Positions 10,132-19,743 of a stretch of DNA of 64,000 bases are shown one piece after another (the stretch's first letter is position 1; each line of letters opens with the position of its first letter). The stretch is from IMG/VR virus record IMGVR_UViG_3300023174_000129, positions 19,221 through 83,220 of that record. The stretch is one strand, 5' to 3'. Source of the DNA: a virus. The notes beneath the pieces were generated by a model that saw only the letters and a list, made by a program, of their open reading frames with translations, was not told where the DNA came from and made no database searches. The position numbers were made by a program, and so were the translations under genes.

Positions 10132-11661
10132 CTATATCATATTTTCAATTTCTTCTTCTAAATTTTTTATTTTATCTTGTAATTTCTTATACTCCTCTTT
10201 TTTTGACATCATTACTTTTTTTGCCTTCTTCCTATCCGCATAAACATCTTCAAGCATTCTCAAAGTAGGAGAACGATGTTTTTTGAAAACAACACCATTC
10301 ACACACACCACATGTTTAGATAAATCAATAACTGTGCCATTAGTGCACACATTTTTATATTCGGGATTTTGAAGTCCAACAAAATTTTCAGGAGCAATAT
10401 AGAATTCCAACTGAGTTGTTGGATAAAGCGAAGCGAAGTCATAACAAACAACCCATTGTTGCATACCAGTCACCGGGTCTTTAACCCATCCACCAGCAAG
10501 TCCAGCTTCACCGTCATCAAAAGATGCTCTATCTTCATTTTTAAATAGAACGATATTTTCCATATCTCTAAATCTATCTCTTAGAACGCCTTCTGTTATT
10601 GCTAATGATGCTAACGCTCCTTTAGCCTGATTAATTACATCTTTAATTTGTATTTTAGATAATGAAGAAACCGCAAATATTATTGATGCGTAATTTTTAG
10701 ATTCATGTATCTTTTGAACCAACACAGAGTCAACTGTGTTGTAATACATGAATTTCTCAAAATCTTCTTCATATAATTTTGATAAACTGCCAGTATATTT
10801 AATCTTATTAACACCTACTAATTTACTTGATACATAATCCAAAGAAGACGATTCTTTTACCTTAATAGAAGTATCACATATTTCATATAACTGCATATAA
10901 TCAAATACCAACCTATGTGCTGGCAATTCATATTTAGTCATAAAAATATGATTTAATCTTTTAGTAGGTGAGGAAATATTTGGATCAATTGTTAGTTGTT
11001 CACCATTAACAATTTTATTAATTTTTCTGGCACGATTTACTAAATACATCCAGTCATAACCAATAAAATTCCAACCTGTAATGCAAGTCATTTTAGGTAT
11101 CATATCATAAAAAAATGATCTGAGCATATCAAATTCATCATCATATTTAATATACTTGAATTTATATTGACTATTATATTTTTCAAAATATTCATTTGTG
11201 CCATCAATAATTCTTTTTTGCATATCTTGTGGCATTTCTTTTAAACCCATTAGAATTATTTTATCAGCATATACCACAGATATAGAAAGTATTTGACCAT
11301 TTGGATCCTCAGGTTGAGAATAACCACCTGTAATCGGGTCAAGATCAGTTTCTATATCGACAAAATATATTTCAGGTTCATTATATTCAAATATTTCTTG
11401 CTTTTCTGATTCTGGCAAAGCATCTAAAAACTCATAAATAGCGTATCGATCAGGATAACCTGCAGGCACTCTTTTAACAGGTTTGCCTTCCCATGAAGTA
11501 AATAAAGGATGTTTTTCAGGATCAGACGAATCACAGTTTTGATATTTCATTGGATTTGCCCAATCGTAATATTTTAATTTTATTTTACCAGTTTTATCAA
11601 CAAATGATAAAATTAACTTTTTTGTGTGACTTAAATATTGTGAATCTATTAACATAGACAT
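10132..11661 (-). CDS. Family B DNA polymerase, N-terminal part (exonuclease plus motif A) of an apparently split enzyme
   Basis: Exo I DIETD, Exo II GWNFIGYD, Exo III YNTVD, motif A YDFASLYP. Ends in the fingers helix without the KxxxNSxYG and YxDTDS motifs. Confidence 0.9.
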   Translation of the reverse strand: MSMLIDSQYLSHTKKLILSFVDKTGKIKLKYYDWANPMKYQNCDSSDPEKHPLFTSWEGKPVKRVPAGYPDRYAIYEFLDALPESEKQEIFEYNEPEIYFVDIETDLDPITGGYSQPEDPNGQILSISVVYADKIILMGLKEMPQDMQKRIIDGTNEYFEKYNSQYKFKYIKYDDEFDMLRSFFYDMIPKMTCITGWNFIGYDWMYLVNRARKINKIVNGEQLTIDPNISSPTKRLNHIFMTKYELPAHRLVFDYMQLYEICDTSIKVKESSSLDYVSSKLVGVNKIKYTGSLSKLYEEDFEKFMYYNTVDSVLVQKIHESKNYASIIFAVSSLSKIQIKDVINQAKGALASLAITEGVLRDRFRDMENIVLFKNEDRASFDDGEAGLAGGWVKDPVTGMQQWVVCYDFASLYPTTQLEFYIAPENFVGLQNPEYKNVCTNGTVIDLSKHVVCVNGVVFKKHRSPTLRMLEDVYADRKKAKKVMMSKKEEYKKLQDKIKNLEEEIENMI

Positions 11662-11719
11662 GTATATTCATGAAAAAAATTAAAGTTTAATAAAAAAAAA
11701 GATTGAAAAATCAATCTCC

Positions 11720-12298
11720 TTAATTTGTTATTTCTTCCATATGATTTATATTTGCCCTTAACAAGGTAGATGGAAATACTTTTTTATTTTCATAAAAATC
11801 CTCATATGCCATCCTCATTTTTTGAGCACACATCTTATACGGAACATATCCCGTTCCAGTTCCAAGACCTGGTATTACACAAGAAGCATTTTCTGAATAT
11901 CTTTTAACCCCTAAAAATATAGCTTTTGCTGAAAGATATACATTTGGTGTGCCATTTAAATATAATGGGACTCTCATAGTTGGCGCTAATAGTATTTTTG
12001 GGTATTGTGTAAAATCAGTATCTATTAAACAAGATTGTCCAACTAATATTTCACCATCATATTCTTCTTGTATTCTTCTTTGGAACTCTTCTTGAATATG
12101 CCATCCCATTCTATTACTATAAGCCAATTCAATACCACCATTCATAAACCCAAAAGAGTTTGCTGGTGAGGCAACAATATCGGCTGATTTATCAAATATA
12201 TCACCATGATAGAATTCAAAATTAGCATAATTTTTAAATTCTTCATACCATGCATCAACCATTTCTTTATTCCTATCGATTAATATAAATTTATTCAT
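11720..12298 (-). CDS. Macrodomain (ADP-ribose processing) protein
   Basis: GDIF, SPANSFGFMNGG, APTMRVP, PGLGTGTG. Confidence 0.9.
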   Translation of the reverse strand: MNKFILIDRNKEMVDAWYEEFKNYANFEFYHGDIFDKSADIVASPANSFGFMNGGIELAYSNRMGWHIQEEFQRRIQEEYDGEILVGQSCLIDTDFTQYPKILLAPTMRVPLYLNGTPNVYLSAKAIFLGVKRYSENASCVIPGLGTGTGYVPYKMCAQKMRMAYEDFYENKKVFPSTLLRANINHMEEITN

Positions 12299-12327
12299 AT
12301 AGTGTATATTAATAAATTAGAATTAGT

Positions 12328-12846
12328 TTAATAAAACTTATCAACGAATAATTTACAATATTTTTTAAAAATTTTATTATCAACATCATGATCAATATCC
12401 TCACTTAAAATATCAATTCCTTTTAAAGTTTTCTTTATCAAATTATTATCAACAGATTTATCTTTTTCACCTATTAAAACTAATTTCTTTTTATATGTAG
12501 ATTTATCTTTAACATCGTTAGGTATTTTTTGTAATTTAATATCTTTTTTATCAAAAGAAGGCATAAGTAATAATGCTGGTATTTGTTTAAAATTTGACAG
12601 TTCATTAGCCATATATCCGCCAACAGAATGTCCTATAACACCATCAATATTAATTTTAGAAATAATATCCCAAACATCATCTTTTCTATAATCAACAAAA
12701 ATAGACACATAATCAAATCCTAAATCATTAACAATTTTTTTATATTGCTTTTTAATTTGATTTTTATTATGTTTTTGTGCATCTAAACCATGTATATACA
12801 ATATTGTTTTTTGCTTAAAGTTATTATATTCTATTAGATATTCCAT
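12328..12846 (-). CDS. Alpha/beta hydrolase (YqiA-like) with CTS-like leader
   Basis: YIHGL, nucleophile GHSVGG, D and H (DHD) at expected positions; leader MEYLIEYNNF. Confidence 0.75.
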   Translation of the reverse strand: MEYLIEYNNFKQKTILYIHGLDAQKHNKNQIKKQYKKIVNDLGFDYVSIFVDYRKDDVWDIISKINIDGVIGHSVGGYMANELSNFKQIPALLLMPSFDKKDIKLQKIPNDVKDKSTYKKKLVLIGEKDKSVDNNLIKKTLKGIDILSEDIDHDVDNKIFKKYCKLFVDKFY

Positions 12847-12863
12847 ATTAGTATATATAAAGA

Positions 12864-13661
12864 TTATATATAACTTTTCTCTAATAATTTAAAATTTTTA
12901 GAAATGCCTTTATATAAAATACCTTCAACAGATACTCTTTTTGGACCCTTTAAATTATTTTCCACATTATATTTTTCTACATACTCTGATAATTCTTTTA
13001 TTGTTTCAAATATTAAAATTGAATCTCCAAATTGTATTGTATAAATTTTTGAATTAGGATTTCCTTTACCCGAATTATTTTCGGACATTTTTTGTTTAGA
13101 TTTTTGTGTATGCTTTCGTCCAGGTCTTCCCTTTAATTTTTCTTTAATTTTATTTTTTACTTCTTCGGTTCGTGGAACTCCTTTTCCATAACCAATATGA
13201 CCTATAAGCCCTTTACTTACTTTAGATTTGAAATCATCTGTCTTCAGATAATCTTGAAATTCTTTATTATTCTTTAAAGAAATAGATGTTTTTATCTTTG
13301 ATTCTTCTCTATGTTTATAACCACTTTGCCCTTCACCACCATCAGATAAATTCGTTAAAGTTCCACCGTTTTCTTCTCTACCTATTAATTTAATTAACTT
13401 TATTTCTTCTGTTAATGCTTGTTCTTCTGTTAAAGAAGTTTTAATTATTTTATAGATAGGTTCGAAACCTTCGTTCAAAATTAATTTTAGTTTATTATGA
13501 AAATATGTTTTGCTCTTTTTACAAAGATATAAATGTCGTTTAACTCTATCCTTTATTCCTTTACCAACATATATTGGCTCATAATCAAATGTTATATCTT
13601 CAAAAACAAAGTTGCCAATTTTTCTTGGGTCTAAATAAATATAAATGTAATAATCTTTCAT
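12864..13661 (-). CDS. GIY-YIG (LEM-3-like) homing endonuclease
   Basis: YYIYIYLDPR, YVGKG, LTNLSDGGEG, NUMOD3 repeats. Start moved to the ATG at 13661, downstream of TAATATATA; the longer ORF crosses a terminator. Confidence 0.88.
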   Translation of the reverse strand: MKDYYIYIYLDPRKIGNFVFEDITFDYEPIYVGKGIKDRVKRHLYLCKKSKTYFHNKLKLILNEGFEPIYKIIKTSLTEEQALTEEIKLIKLIGREENGGTLTNLSDGGEGQSGYKHREESKIKTSISLKNNKEFQDYLKTDDFKSKVSKGLIGHIGYGKGVPRTEEVKNKIKEKLKGRPGRKHTQKSKQKMSENNSGKGNPNSKIYTIQFGDSILIFETIKELSEYVEKYNVENNLKGPKRVSVEGILYKGISKNFKLLEKSYI

Positions 13662-13708
13662 AAGTATATATATTAAATTATATCCTGCCTGATTTAGAAG
13701 TAAAGCAT

Positions 13709-13740
13709 AAAATAAAAGAGCCAATTGGCTCTTTTATTTT
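13709..13740. terminator. Intrinsic terminator (32-bp perfect palindrome)
   Basis: AAAATAAAAGAGCCAATTGGCTCTTTTATTTT directly after the stop of 13740..14570. Confidence 0.8.
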
Positions 13741-14570
13741 TAAACTAATTCTAATTCTTCTTGCTTTAATAGTTCATATGCTCTACTTAACCTAGTCATT
13801 CCTATTCCTCCGCCTGAACGCTCAAAGAAATTATATGTAAGGAAATCTTCTAATTCTTTTTCAACTCTTTCTTTTCCGAATAATTGGAATAATTTTGCTG
13901 CATATTCACCATCCATTATTGTATAGAACATTTCCCTCATTTCTTCTGGATTACAAGACCTTTCGGCGGAACCAATAGTTTCTTGTCCGTATAAGATAAC
14001 ATCTATTTTATTAAATATACTGTCACCTTTATATCGCATGTTCCAAAACGGACTTGTCCTGCGTGGAAACTCTTGTAAAGAGATACATTTTCCAAGTTCG
14101 TTTTTCATTCTTGTCTCATGTTCATCTTCTAAAATTTGAACACCGCCATATTCTTCACATATTTCGTCATACTTGACTTCAACTGGTGAACCAAAACCAA
14201 GATAATTTAGTAATTGGTTTTCAAGTTTTTTTAATTCTTCAAATCCGCCTTTAAGTTCAAATTCAAACATAGGAAATATTTTTGCATGTCGTCCTGAAAT
14301 TGGATTTTTCTCATCTCTATAAGATGTAGTTAAACAGAAACAACCTGGCCATTCTGGGTTTTTTAATAGTTCTTCTTCAAGATCCATTTGTCCTGTTTGT
14401 TTAAGTGGCCATACCTGTCCGTCTAATTGGAAAGTCATGACTGAATGTGGATTTTCACATGCTGCAAGGATAGAAGTTCTTGATTGAGTTGGAACTTCGA
14501 TGAAACCTTTTTCCAAGAAAAAGCTTCTCATTTTTTGAACGAGTTCATTGTAAATTTTTGTGTTTGTCAT
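13740..14570 (-). CDS. Class IIb aaRS-like catalytic domain only (AsnRS2/asparagine synthetase or EpmA-like paralogue)
   Basis: RSFF.EKGFIEVPT, motif 2 SYRDE..RH..FPMFEFE, ETIGSAER, motif 3 GGGIGMTRL; no OB-fold anticodon domain (276 aa). Confidence 0.85.
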   Translation of the reverse strand: MTNTKIYNELVQKMRSFFLEKGFIEVPTQSRTSILAACENPHSVMTFQLDGQVWPLKQTGQMDLEEELLKNPEWPGCFCLTTSYRDEKNPISGRHAKIFPMFEFELKGGFEELKKLENQLLNYLGFGSPVEVKYDEICEEYGGVQILEDEHETRMKNELGKCISLQEFPRRTSPFWNMRYKGDSIFNKIDVILYGQETIGSAERSCNPEEMREMFYTIMDGEYAAKLFQLFGKERVEKELEDFLTYNFFERSGGGIGMTRLSRAYELLKQEELELV

Positions 14571-14684
14571 AAGGGATTTTTTTTTTGAGGCATTTTTTGA
14601 TGCCCCAAATATAGATATGATTATTTAATCTTTTTATATATTACTTTTTAAAAATAAAGTTTAGATATTTTTAATATATAATTA

Positions 14685-15122
14685 ATGAAGTATATTAAAT
14701 ATTTTGAAAATTATTCTGCAATAGTTATTGGTGATAAAATAATAACACGAAATGACTTAAATAAAATTTTAAAAGGATATATAACTTGTGCCTTGTGGAC
14801 AGATGAAGAAGAACTTAAAACTCAAAATGCACAAATTGATGTAGATATTGAAAATGTAGATTATAATTCCTTAATAGCATCATATAATGATATTAAAAAA
14901 TTTATTGAGTTAGCTGGTTCTGATAATATAAATTATGCAATTGAAGCTAATGGTTTAGAAAGATTAGGGCATGATATATGGCTAACCAGAAATGGACATG
15001 GTGCTGGTTTTTTTGATCACAATTATGACGAAGATGTTGAGAAAAAACTAATCGAATCAGGCAAAAGTTTAGGTAGTAAGCATATATACATAAATGATGA
15101 AAATAAAATAGATTTTGAATGA
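14685..15122 (+). CDS. Hypothetical phage protein with CTS-like leader
   Basis: Leader MKYIKYFE; GHDIWLTRNGHGAGFFD motif; TAATATATA upstream. Confidence 0.8.
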   Translation: MKYIKYFENYSAIVIGDKIITRNDLNKILKGYITCALWTDEEELKTQNAQIDVDIENVDYNSLIASYNDIKKFIELAGSDNINYAIEANGLERLGHDIWLTRNGHGAGFFDHNYDEDVEKKLIESGKSLGSKHIYINDENKIDFE

Positions 15123-16975
15123 AATTATTAAAAAAATACTTTGATTTTATAAATGAATCATTTGATTTAAATTCTTTCTTAAAAAAAGAAAACATTCCTG
15201 ATATAATTAAGGAAAAATCTATTGAATATATCGATGATTGGTATAAAGATATTAAAAATCCAAGAAATGATGTAAGTCGTGATAAATTAATTTTATGGTT
15301 TGCTCGTAATATTAGGAATAAAATATATGAAGATTGGAAAATAATTTATAATGCTAAATTCAAACAAGAAGATATAAACAACTCACCAATTTTAGATATT
15401 ATCTATTATTTAACAGGACGCAAAATTACAGATGAAAATAAAAATAAAGTTTTAAGTGATGTTAATAAAGATATTAATACAATACTTAAACATAATTACA
15501 CTCAATTAAATACTATCAGAGATTATATTTTTTCAAATGTTAGAAATGAAAATATTTGGAAAATAAATTATAATTCAACATTTAAAGAAATGTATGAAAT
15601 ATCAGATGATTGGCATAAACAATTAAAAGCATCTGGATCAGTTACAGAAGAACATGGTTATAAATTAATTCAATATCCTGATGGATTTTATTGGATAGAT
15701 TTAGAAACTAACAATTGTGATGTAGAAGCTGAAGCAATGGGACATTGTGGTAGAAGTTCTGCTGATACATTAATATCTTTAAGACAAAGGAAAAAAGATG
15801 GTAGTGTTGAACCATTTGTAACTATAGCTATTGACTATAATGGTGCTATACAAACTGATGAAAATGGAGAATTTAACATCAAAAATGTTAAACCAGATGA
15901 ACTTTACACAAAAATATATCAATGCAAAGGTAAAAATAATAAAAAACCTATTGCTAAGTATTATCCATATATAGTTGATTTATACTTAAAATATAAAATT
16001 GGAACAAAAATGGGTAATGAATATATGGAAAGTGAAGATTTTCATATTAGCGATGTTGAAGACGAAAAATTAATTGAAAGAATTATAAAGGAATATCCAA
16101 TATTACTTGAAAATTATCTATTATTATCAAATAAAAAAATTGGAAAATTAATTGTTGATAAAGGATTATATAATGTGAACACTCATTTAGTAAGTAATTT
16201 ATATTTTTTAATGCTAAATGATATAATAACAAAAGAAGATTTTGTTAAACAATATCCAAAAGATTTCGTTTTAAAAGATGATGTTATTTATTTATATTTT
16301 AGGAAAGATAATGATAAGTGGAAAGATATAACGATACAAAATTTAGATTTTATGTATTCCACAAACAATAATAATGGTAGAAATTATTCAAGTAGAGATA
16401 TAATAAATAGTTTGCACGAATATTATTATAGCGGTAATAATATTAAATTTCGTGATTTATATTTAAATTATATAACAGATGATGCAAAAGCTGCTATAAT
16501 AAATAAAATAGAAGAAATTAAAAACACATTATCGGAGGAAGAACAAGAAGAATTTGATGAATATGATTCTTGGGAAGATAAGGTAAAAAATATTGATGCT
16601 TTATATTATATTAAAATTGCAATTACTGATGCGTATTCTACGGCCCAAGATTCTGCAGATGAAAATGAACAATATAAAGAATGTTTAAAACCATTATTAA
16701 ATTTTTTTAATATGGATAAATTAATTTATCATGATGAAGGATTATTATTTGAAATCAATCCTGCTTGGTTATTAAGATATGATAAATATAATTCAGATTA
16801 TAATTTTTTATCCAATAAAATATTAAAAAGTTGGTTTAGTGAAGAAGGAGATAATTATGAAATTGAACCAGAAGATGAATTATTAAAAATTAATATACCT
16901 TATTATGGATGGAATGGTGATATAGACGAAAAATATCTCGAAGAAGTAATAATTGATAGACTTGAAGATATATAA
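15119..16975 (+). CDS. Large hypothetical protein with CTS-like leader and PcfJ-like E..MGHC motif
   Basis: 618 aa; MKLLKKYFDFINE; EAEAMGHCG followed by QCKGKNNKKP. Confidence 0.7.
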   Translation: MKLLKKYFDFINESFDLNSFLKKENIPDIIKEKSIEYIDDWYKDIKNPRNDVSRDKLILWFARNIRNKIYEDWKIIYNAKFKQEDINNSPILDIIYYLTGRKITDENKNKVLSDVNKDINTILKHNYTQLNTIRDYIFSNVRNENIWKINYNSTFKEMYEISDDWHKQLKASGSVTEEHGYKLIQYPDGFYWIDLETNNCDVEAEAMGHCGRSSADTLISLRQRKKDGSVEPFVTIAIDYNGAIQTDENGEFNIKNVKPDELYTKIYQCKGKNNKKPIAKYYPYIVDLYLKYKIGTKMGNEYMESEDFHISDVEDEKLIERIIKEYPILLENYLLLSNKKIGKLIVDKGLYNVNTHLVSNLYFLMLNDIITKEDFVKQYPKDFVLKDDVIYLYFRKDNDKWKDITIQNLDFMYSTNNNNGRNYSSRDIINSLHEYYYSGNNIKFRDLYLNYITDDAKAAIINKIEEIKNTLSEEEQEEFDEYDSWEDKVKNIDALYYIKIAITDAYSTAQDSADENEQYKECLKPLLNFFNMDKLIYHDEGLLFEINPAWLLRYDKYNSDYNFLSNKILKSWFSEEGDNYEIEPEDELLKINIPYYGWNGDIDEKYLEEVIIDRLEDI

Positions 16976-16998
16976 AAAAAAGCGGATTAAATCCGCTT

Positions 16999-17571
16999 TT
17001 AAAATTCTATATCATAATATTCTATTTGTTCATCATTTCTTCGATTCGTTAAAACTAATTCCGATCTTCTAATTAATTCATATTCATAATGTCTTCCTAT
17101 TTTAAATAGTTTCCTAATAAAAGGTATATCATCTGAATCATAATTAATTCTATCTTCGTCAACCATTAAACAAAGACATTTAGTATCATCTTCAGCATTA
17201 TAATTCGTTACAACAGGTTCATCATTTTCATAATCAATATGACCTGCTCCTTTTTTTGCATAACATATAAATGTTGTTTCTAATTCTTCCTCTGTTGGTG
17301 TGTGAGTTATATTTACCACATCACCTGGTTCAATTTTTGTTTCTTCTGATAAATAAACTCGAATCCAAAAATAAACTTTTTGTTTATCTATTTTTAAATT
17401 AATTTTATCATAATCAGAATGTTCAAAATCAATTACATCTAAATCTAATTGCTTTACCTGTTGAACTAAATAATCATAATTTGTTTCCATATTTGTATTT
17501 GTTGTATATTTATTTTTTAATTGATTCCTTGGACTAAACCACATATCATCATAATTTGTTATAGTATTCAT
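16999..17571 (-). CDS. Hypothetical protein
   Basis: 190-aa ORF ending at a bidirectional terminator (about 16977-17000). Confidence 0.75.
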   Translation of the reverse strand: MNTITNYDDMWFSPRNQLKNKYTTNTNMETNYDYLVQQVKQLDLDVIDFEHSDYDKINLKIDKQKVYFWIRVYLSEETKIEPGDVVNITHTPTEEELETTFICYAKKGAGHIDYENDEPVVTNYNAEDDTKCLCLMVDEDRINYDSDDIPFIRKLFKIGRHYEYELIRRSELVLTNRRNDEQIEYYDIEF

Positions 17572-17648
17572 AAAATTTAATTATTTTTAATTATTTTTAA
17601 TTATATATCAAATAAGGAGGTTCTCCTTATAAAATTAATATATACTTC

Positions 17649-18335
17649 ATGAAAATTTCCGAAATTAATACATTATTCAAAGAGATATTTGATGAAGAAG
17701 AAGGGTTGGTTAAAACAATAGATACAGTTTATGAAAAATCTAAAGATGAAGATTTTTTAAAACTTGTTATATCAATACATGATTTACAAGTTCAGGATAC
17801 TTTAATTATACACACAAAGTTTATATTTAAAACTAATTTAGAAAAAACAGATTTAGTATCCAATTCTTTTATTTATCTGTATGATATAAATTGCATTTAT
17901 CATTCGGTTGAATTTAAAGATAGTTTTGATTTAGAGAAAAAACTTAAAAAAATAATAAATTCAAATAAATTTGGAAAAGATATACAAACTCTTTCTGAAT
18001 TTATTGATACACCTGGTTTATTATTATCGCATTATTTTAGAGAAAATAATATAGAAAATTTTAGCATTGGAAGTGTAAATTACAACCCTAAATTTAAAAC
18101 ACGACCATGTGAAGAAACTACATTTGATTTTGATATAAATGTTGTAAATGATAATAATGATTACAATTTTAATTTAACCATCTCAAAAGAAAAAGATATT
18201 TATGATAAAATCTTTTATAGATTTATTTTTTCATTATTAGATACTACAAAAACAATTGATATAGACAAATTAACTAATATTCATTTTTTAATAGGACACC
18301 AAATAGTAGATATGTTAAATGCTATTTTAAAATAA
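17649..18335 (+). CDS. Hypothetical protein
   Basis: 228-aa ORF with TAATATATA 4 nt upstream. Confidence 0.75.
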   Translation: MKISEINTLFKEIFDEEEGLVKTIDTVYEKSKDEDFLKLVISIHDLQVQDTLIIHTKFIFKTNLEKTDLVSNSFIYLYDINCIYHSVEFKDSFDLEKKLKKIINSNKFGKDIQTLSEFIDTPGLLLSHYFRENNIENFSIGSVNYNPKFKTRPCEETTFDFDINVVNDNNDYNFNLTISKEKDIYDKIFYRFIFSLLDTTKTIDIDKLTNIHFLIGHQIVDMLNAILK

Positions 18336-18347
18336 AATATATACATT

Positions 18348-18833
18348 ATGGAAAAAACAAACACACCTCAATACAAAACTCAATATGTAAATCATTTTAG
18401 AGATTTTGATGCAAAAAAAGAAAAAGAAGGATTGAAAAAAGTTAAAAGATCATTTCCTAAAAATGAAGATGATATATACGAACTTCCAAATAATAATAAA
18501 CCACATTTTAACAATGTAACTAAAACAATGCAATTTTTATCTAAAGATGAAATAAAAGATAAAATTGAAGCAATTGAAGATATGGAAGATAAAAAAGAAT
18601 CTAAAATATTTAATTGGACTAAATTTAATGAAATGCACAGCGATGCTTCAAATGCATTTAAACAAGCCGATTATTGCGAAGGATGTGGTGCGGATATAAG
18701 TGAAGATGAAGAAAATTGCACATGTGACCGTAATTTTGATGATGAATTTGATGAAAGAGAAGAACATTTTCCAACACCAGATGATGCGAGATTTCCATAT
18801 GATAATGAATCAGATTTTGATATTACAAACTAA
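18348..18833 (+). CDS. Hypothetical protein with Cys-rich acidic C-terminus
   Basis: 161 aa; CEGC and CTC; internal KIFNWTKFNE leader-like segment. Confidence 0.7.
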   Translation: MEKTNTPQYKTQYVNHFRDFDAKKEKEGLKKVKRSFPKNEDDIYELPNNNKPHFNNVTKTMQFLSKDEIKDKIEAIEDMEDKKESKIFNWTKFNEMHSDASNAFKQADYCEGCGADISEDEENCTCDRNFDDEFDEREEHFPTPDDARFPYDNESDFDITN

Positions 18834-18867
18834 AATAAAAAACCTCTCAAATGAGAGGTTTTTTATT

Positions 18868-19434
18868 TTAGTTGAAAAATATCCTAGCACTTATTACATC
18901 GCAACAATGACAAAAAGCACTTAATGGTGTCATTACTCTTTTATCTTTTCTATAATCTTCGCCTTCACCATGAATATATTTCAATGCTAATTTATGTTCA
19001 TCAGTTAATTTTATATTAAATTTATTAATTAAATTTTCTCTTATGTCATCATCTGAATCAGTTTCATATTCATAAATTTCTTCCTCTATCATACCATTTT
19101 CGTCTATAACACCTGTTTTAACTAAAACTGGTGTATATTTAATTGGTTTCTCAATATCATGTAAAAATAACACCAAAATAGCATCTGATAAACTAAAATC
19201 TAATTTTCCCTTTAATGATAAATATTTAAACATTTTAGAAGAATAATCTAAAATATCTGATATATGTTTATAATAACCACCTTCATATGCCTGATGATTA
19301 GAAACTGAACCAGGAGCATCAGGATATTTTTCTATAAAATAATCTAATAAATTAAGACATTTAAAATTATTATCATCGTCTATATTAAGAAGATGTGAAA
19401 TAATGTTGTTAATTTCTGGTTTAAGAGCAAGCAT
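18868..19434 (-). CDS. HD-domain phosphohydrolase
   Basis: HQAYEGGYYKH, LFLHDIEK, IHGE, CDVISAR. Confidence 0.85.
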   Translation of the reverse strand: MLALKPEINNIISHLLNIDDDNNFKCLNLLDYFIEKYPDAPGSVSNHQAYEGGYYKHISDILDYSSKMFKYLSLKGKLDFSLSDAILVLFLHDIEKPIKYTPVLVKTGVIDENGMIEEEIYEYETDSDDDIRENLINKFNIKLTDEHKLALKYIHGEGEDYRKDKRVMTPLSAFCHCCDVISARIFFN

Positions 19435-19458
19435 ATTTTTTTAATTTTGAATTATATA

Positions 19459-19743
19459 TTAATTAAAATTTTTTGTTTCAGTCATAAATTTAAAAAAAGT
19501 TTCAAATTTAATAGCAGTAAAATCAATAGCAGTAAGATTTATCGGTATAATTACAAAATCAAAAATTGATTTATAACGGTCATCTTTTTTTGATTTCATA
19601 AAAGAATAAATTAAATAATTCATGGCATAGATTGCATAGTCGCTATCATCAATAATTGCTTTTTTATCCGAAAAATTAATTATTTCAAAATTTTTATTTT
19701 TATATTCAGAAATTACATCTTTATACATTTGTTTTATATTCAT
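19459..19743 (-). CDS. Hypothetical protein
   Basis: 94-aa ORF overlapping the stop of the methylase (coupled). Confidence 0.6.
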   Translation of the reverse strand: MNIKQMYKDVISEYKNKNFEIINFSDKKAIIDDSDYAIYAMNYLIYSFMKSKKDDRYKSIFDFVIIPINLTAIDFTAIKFETFFKFMTETKNFN

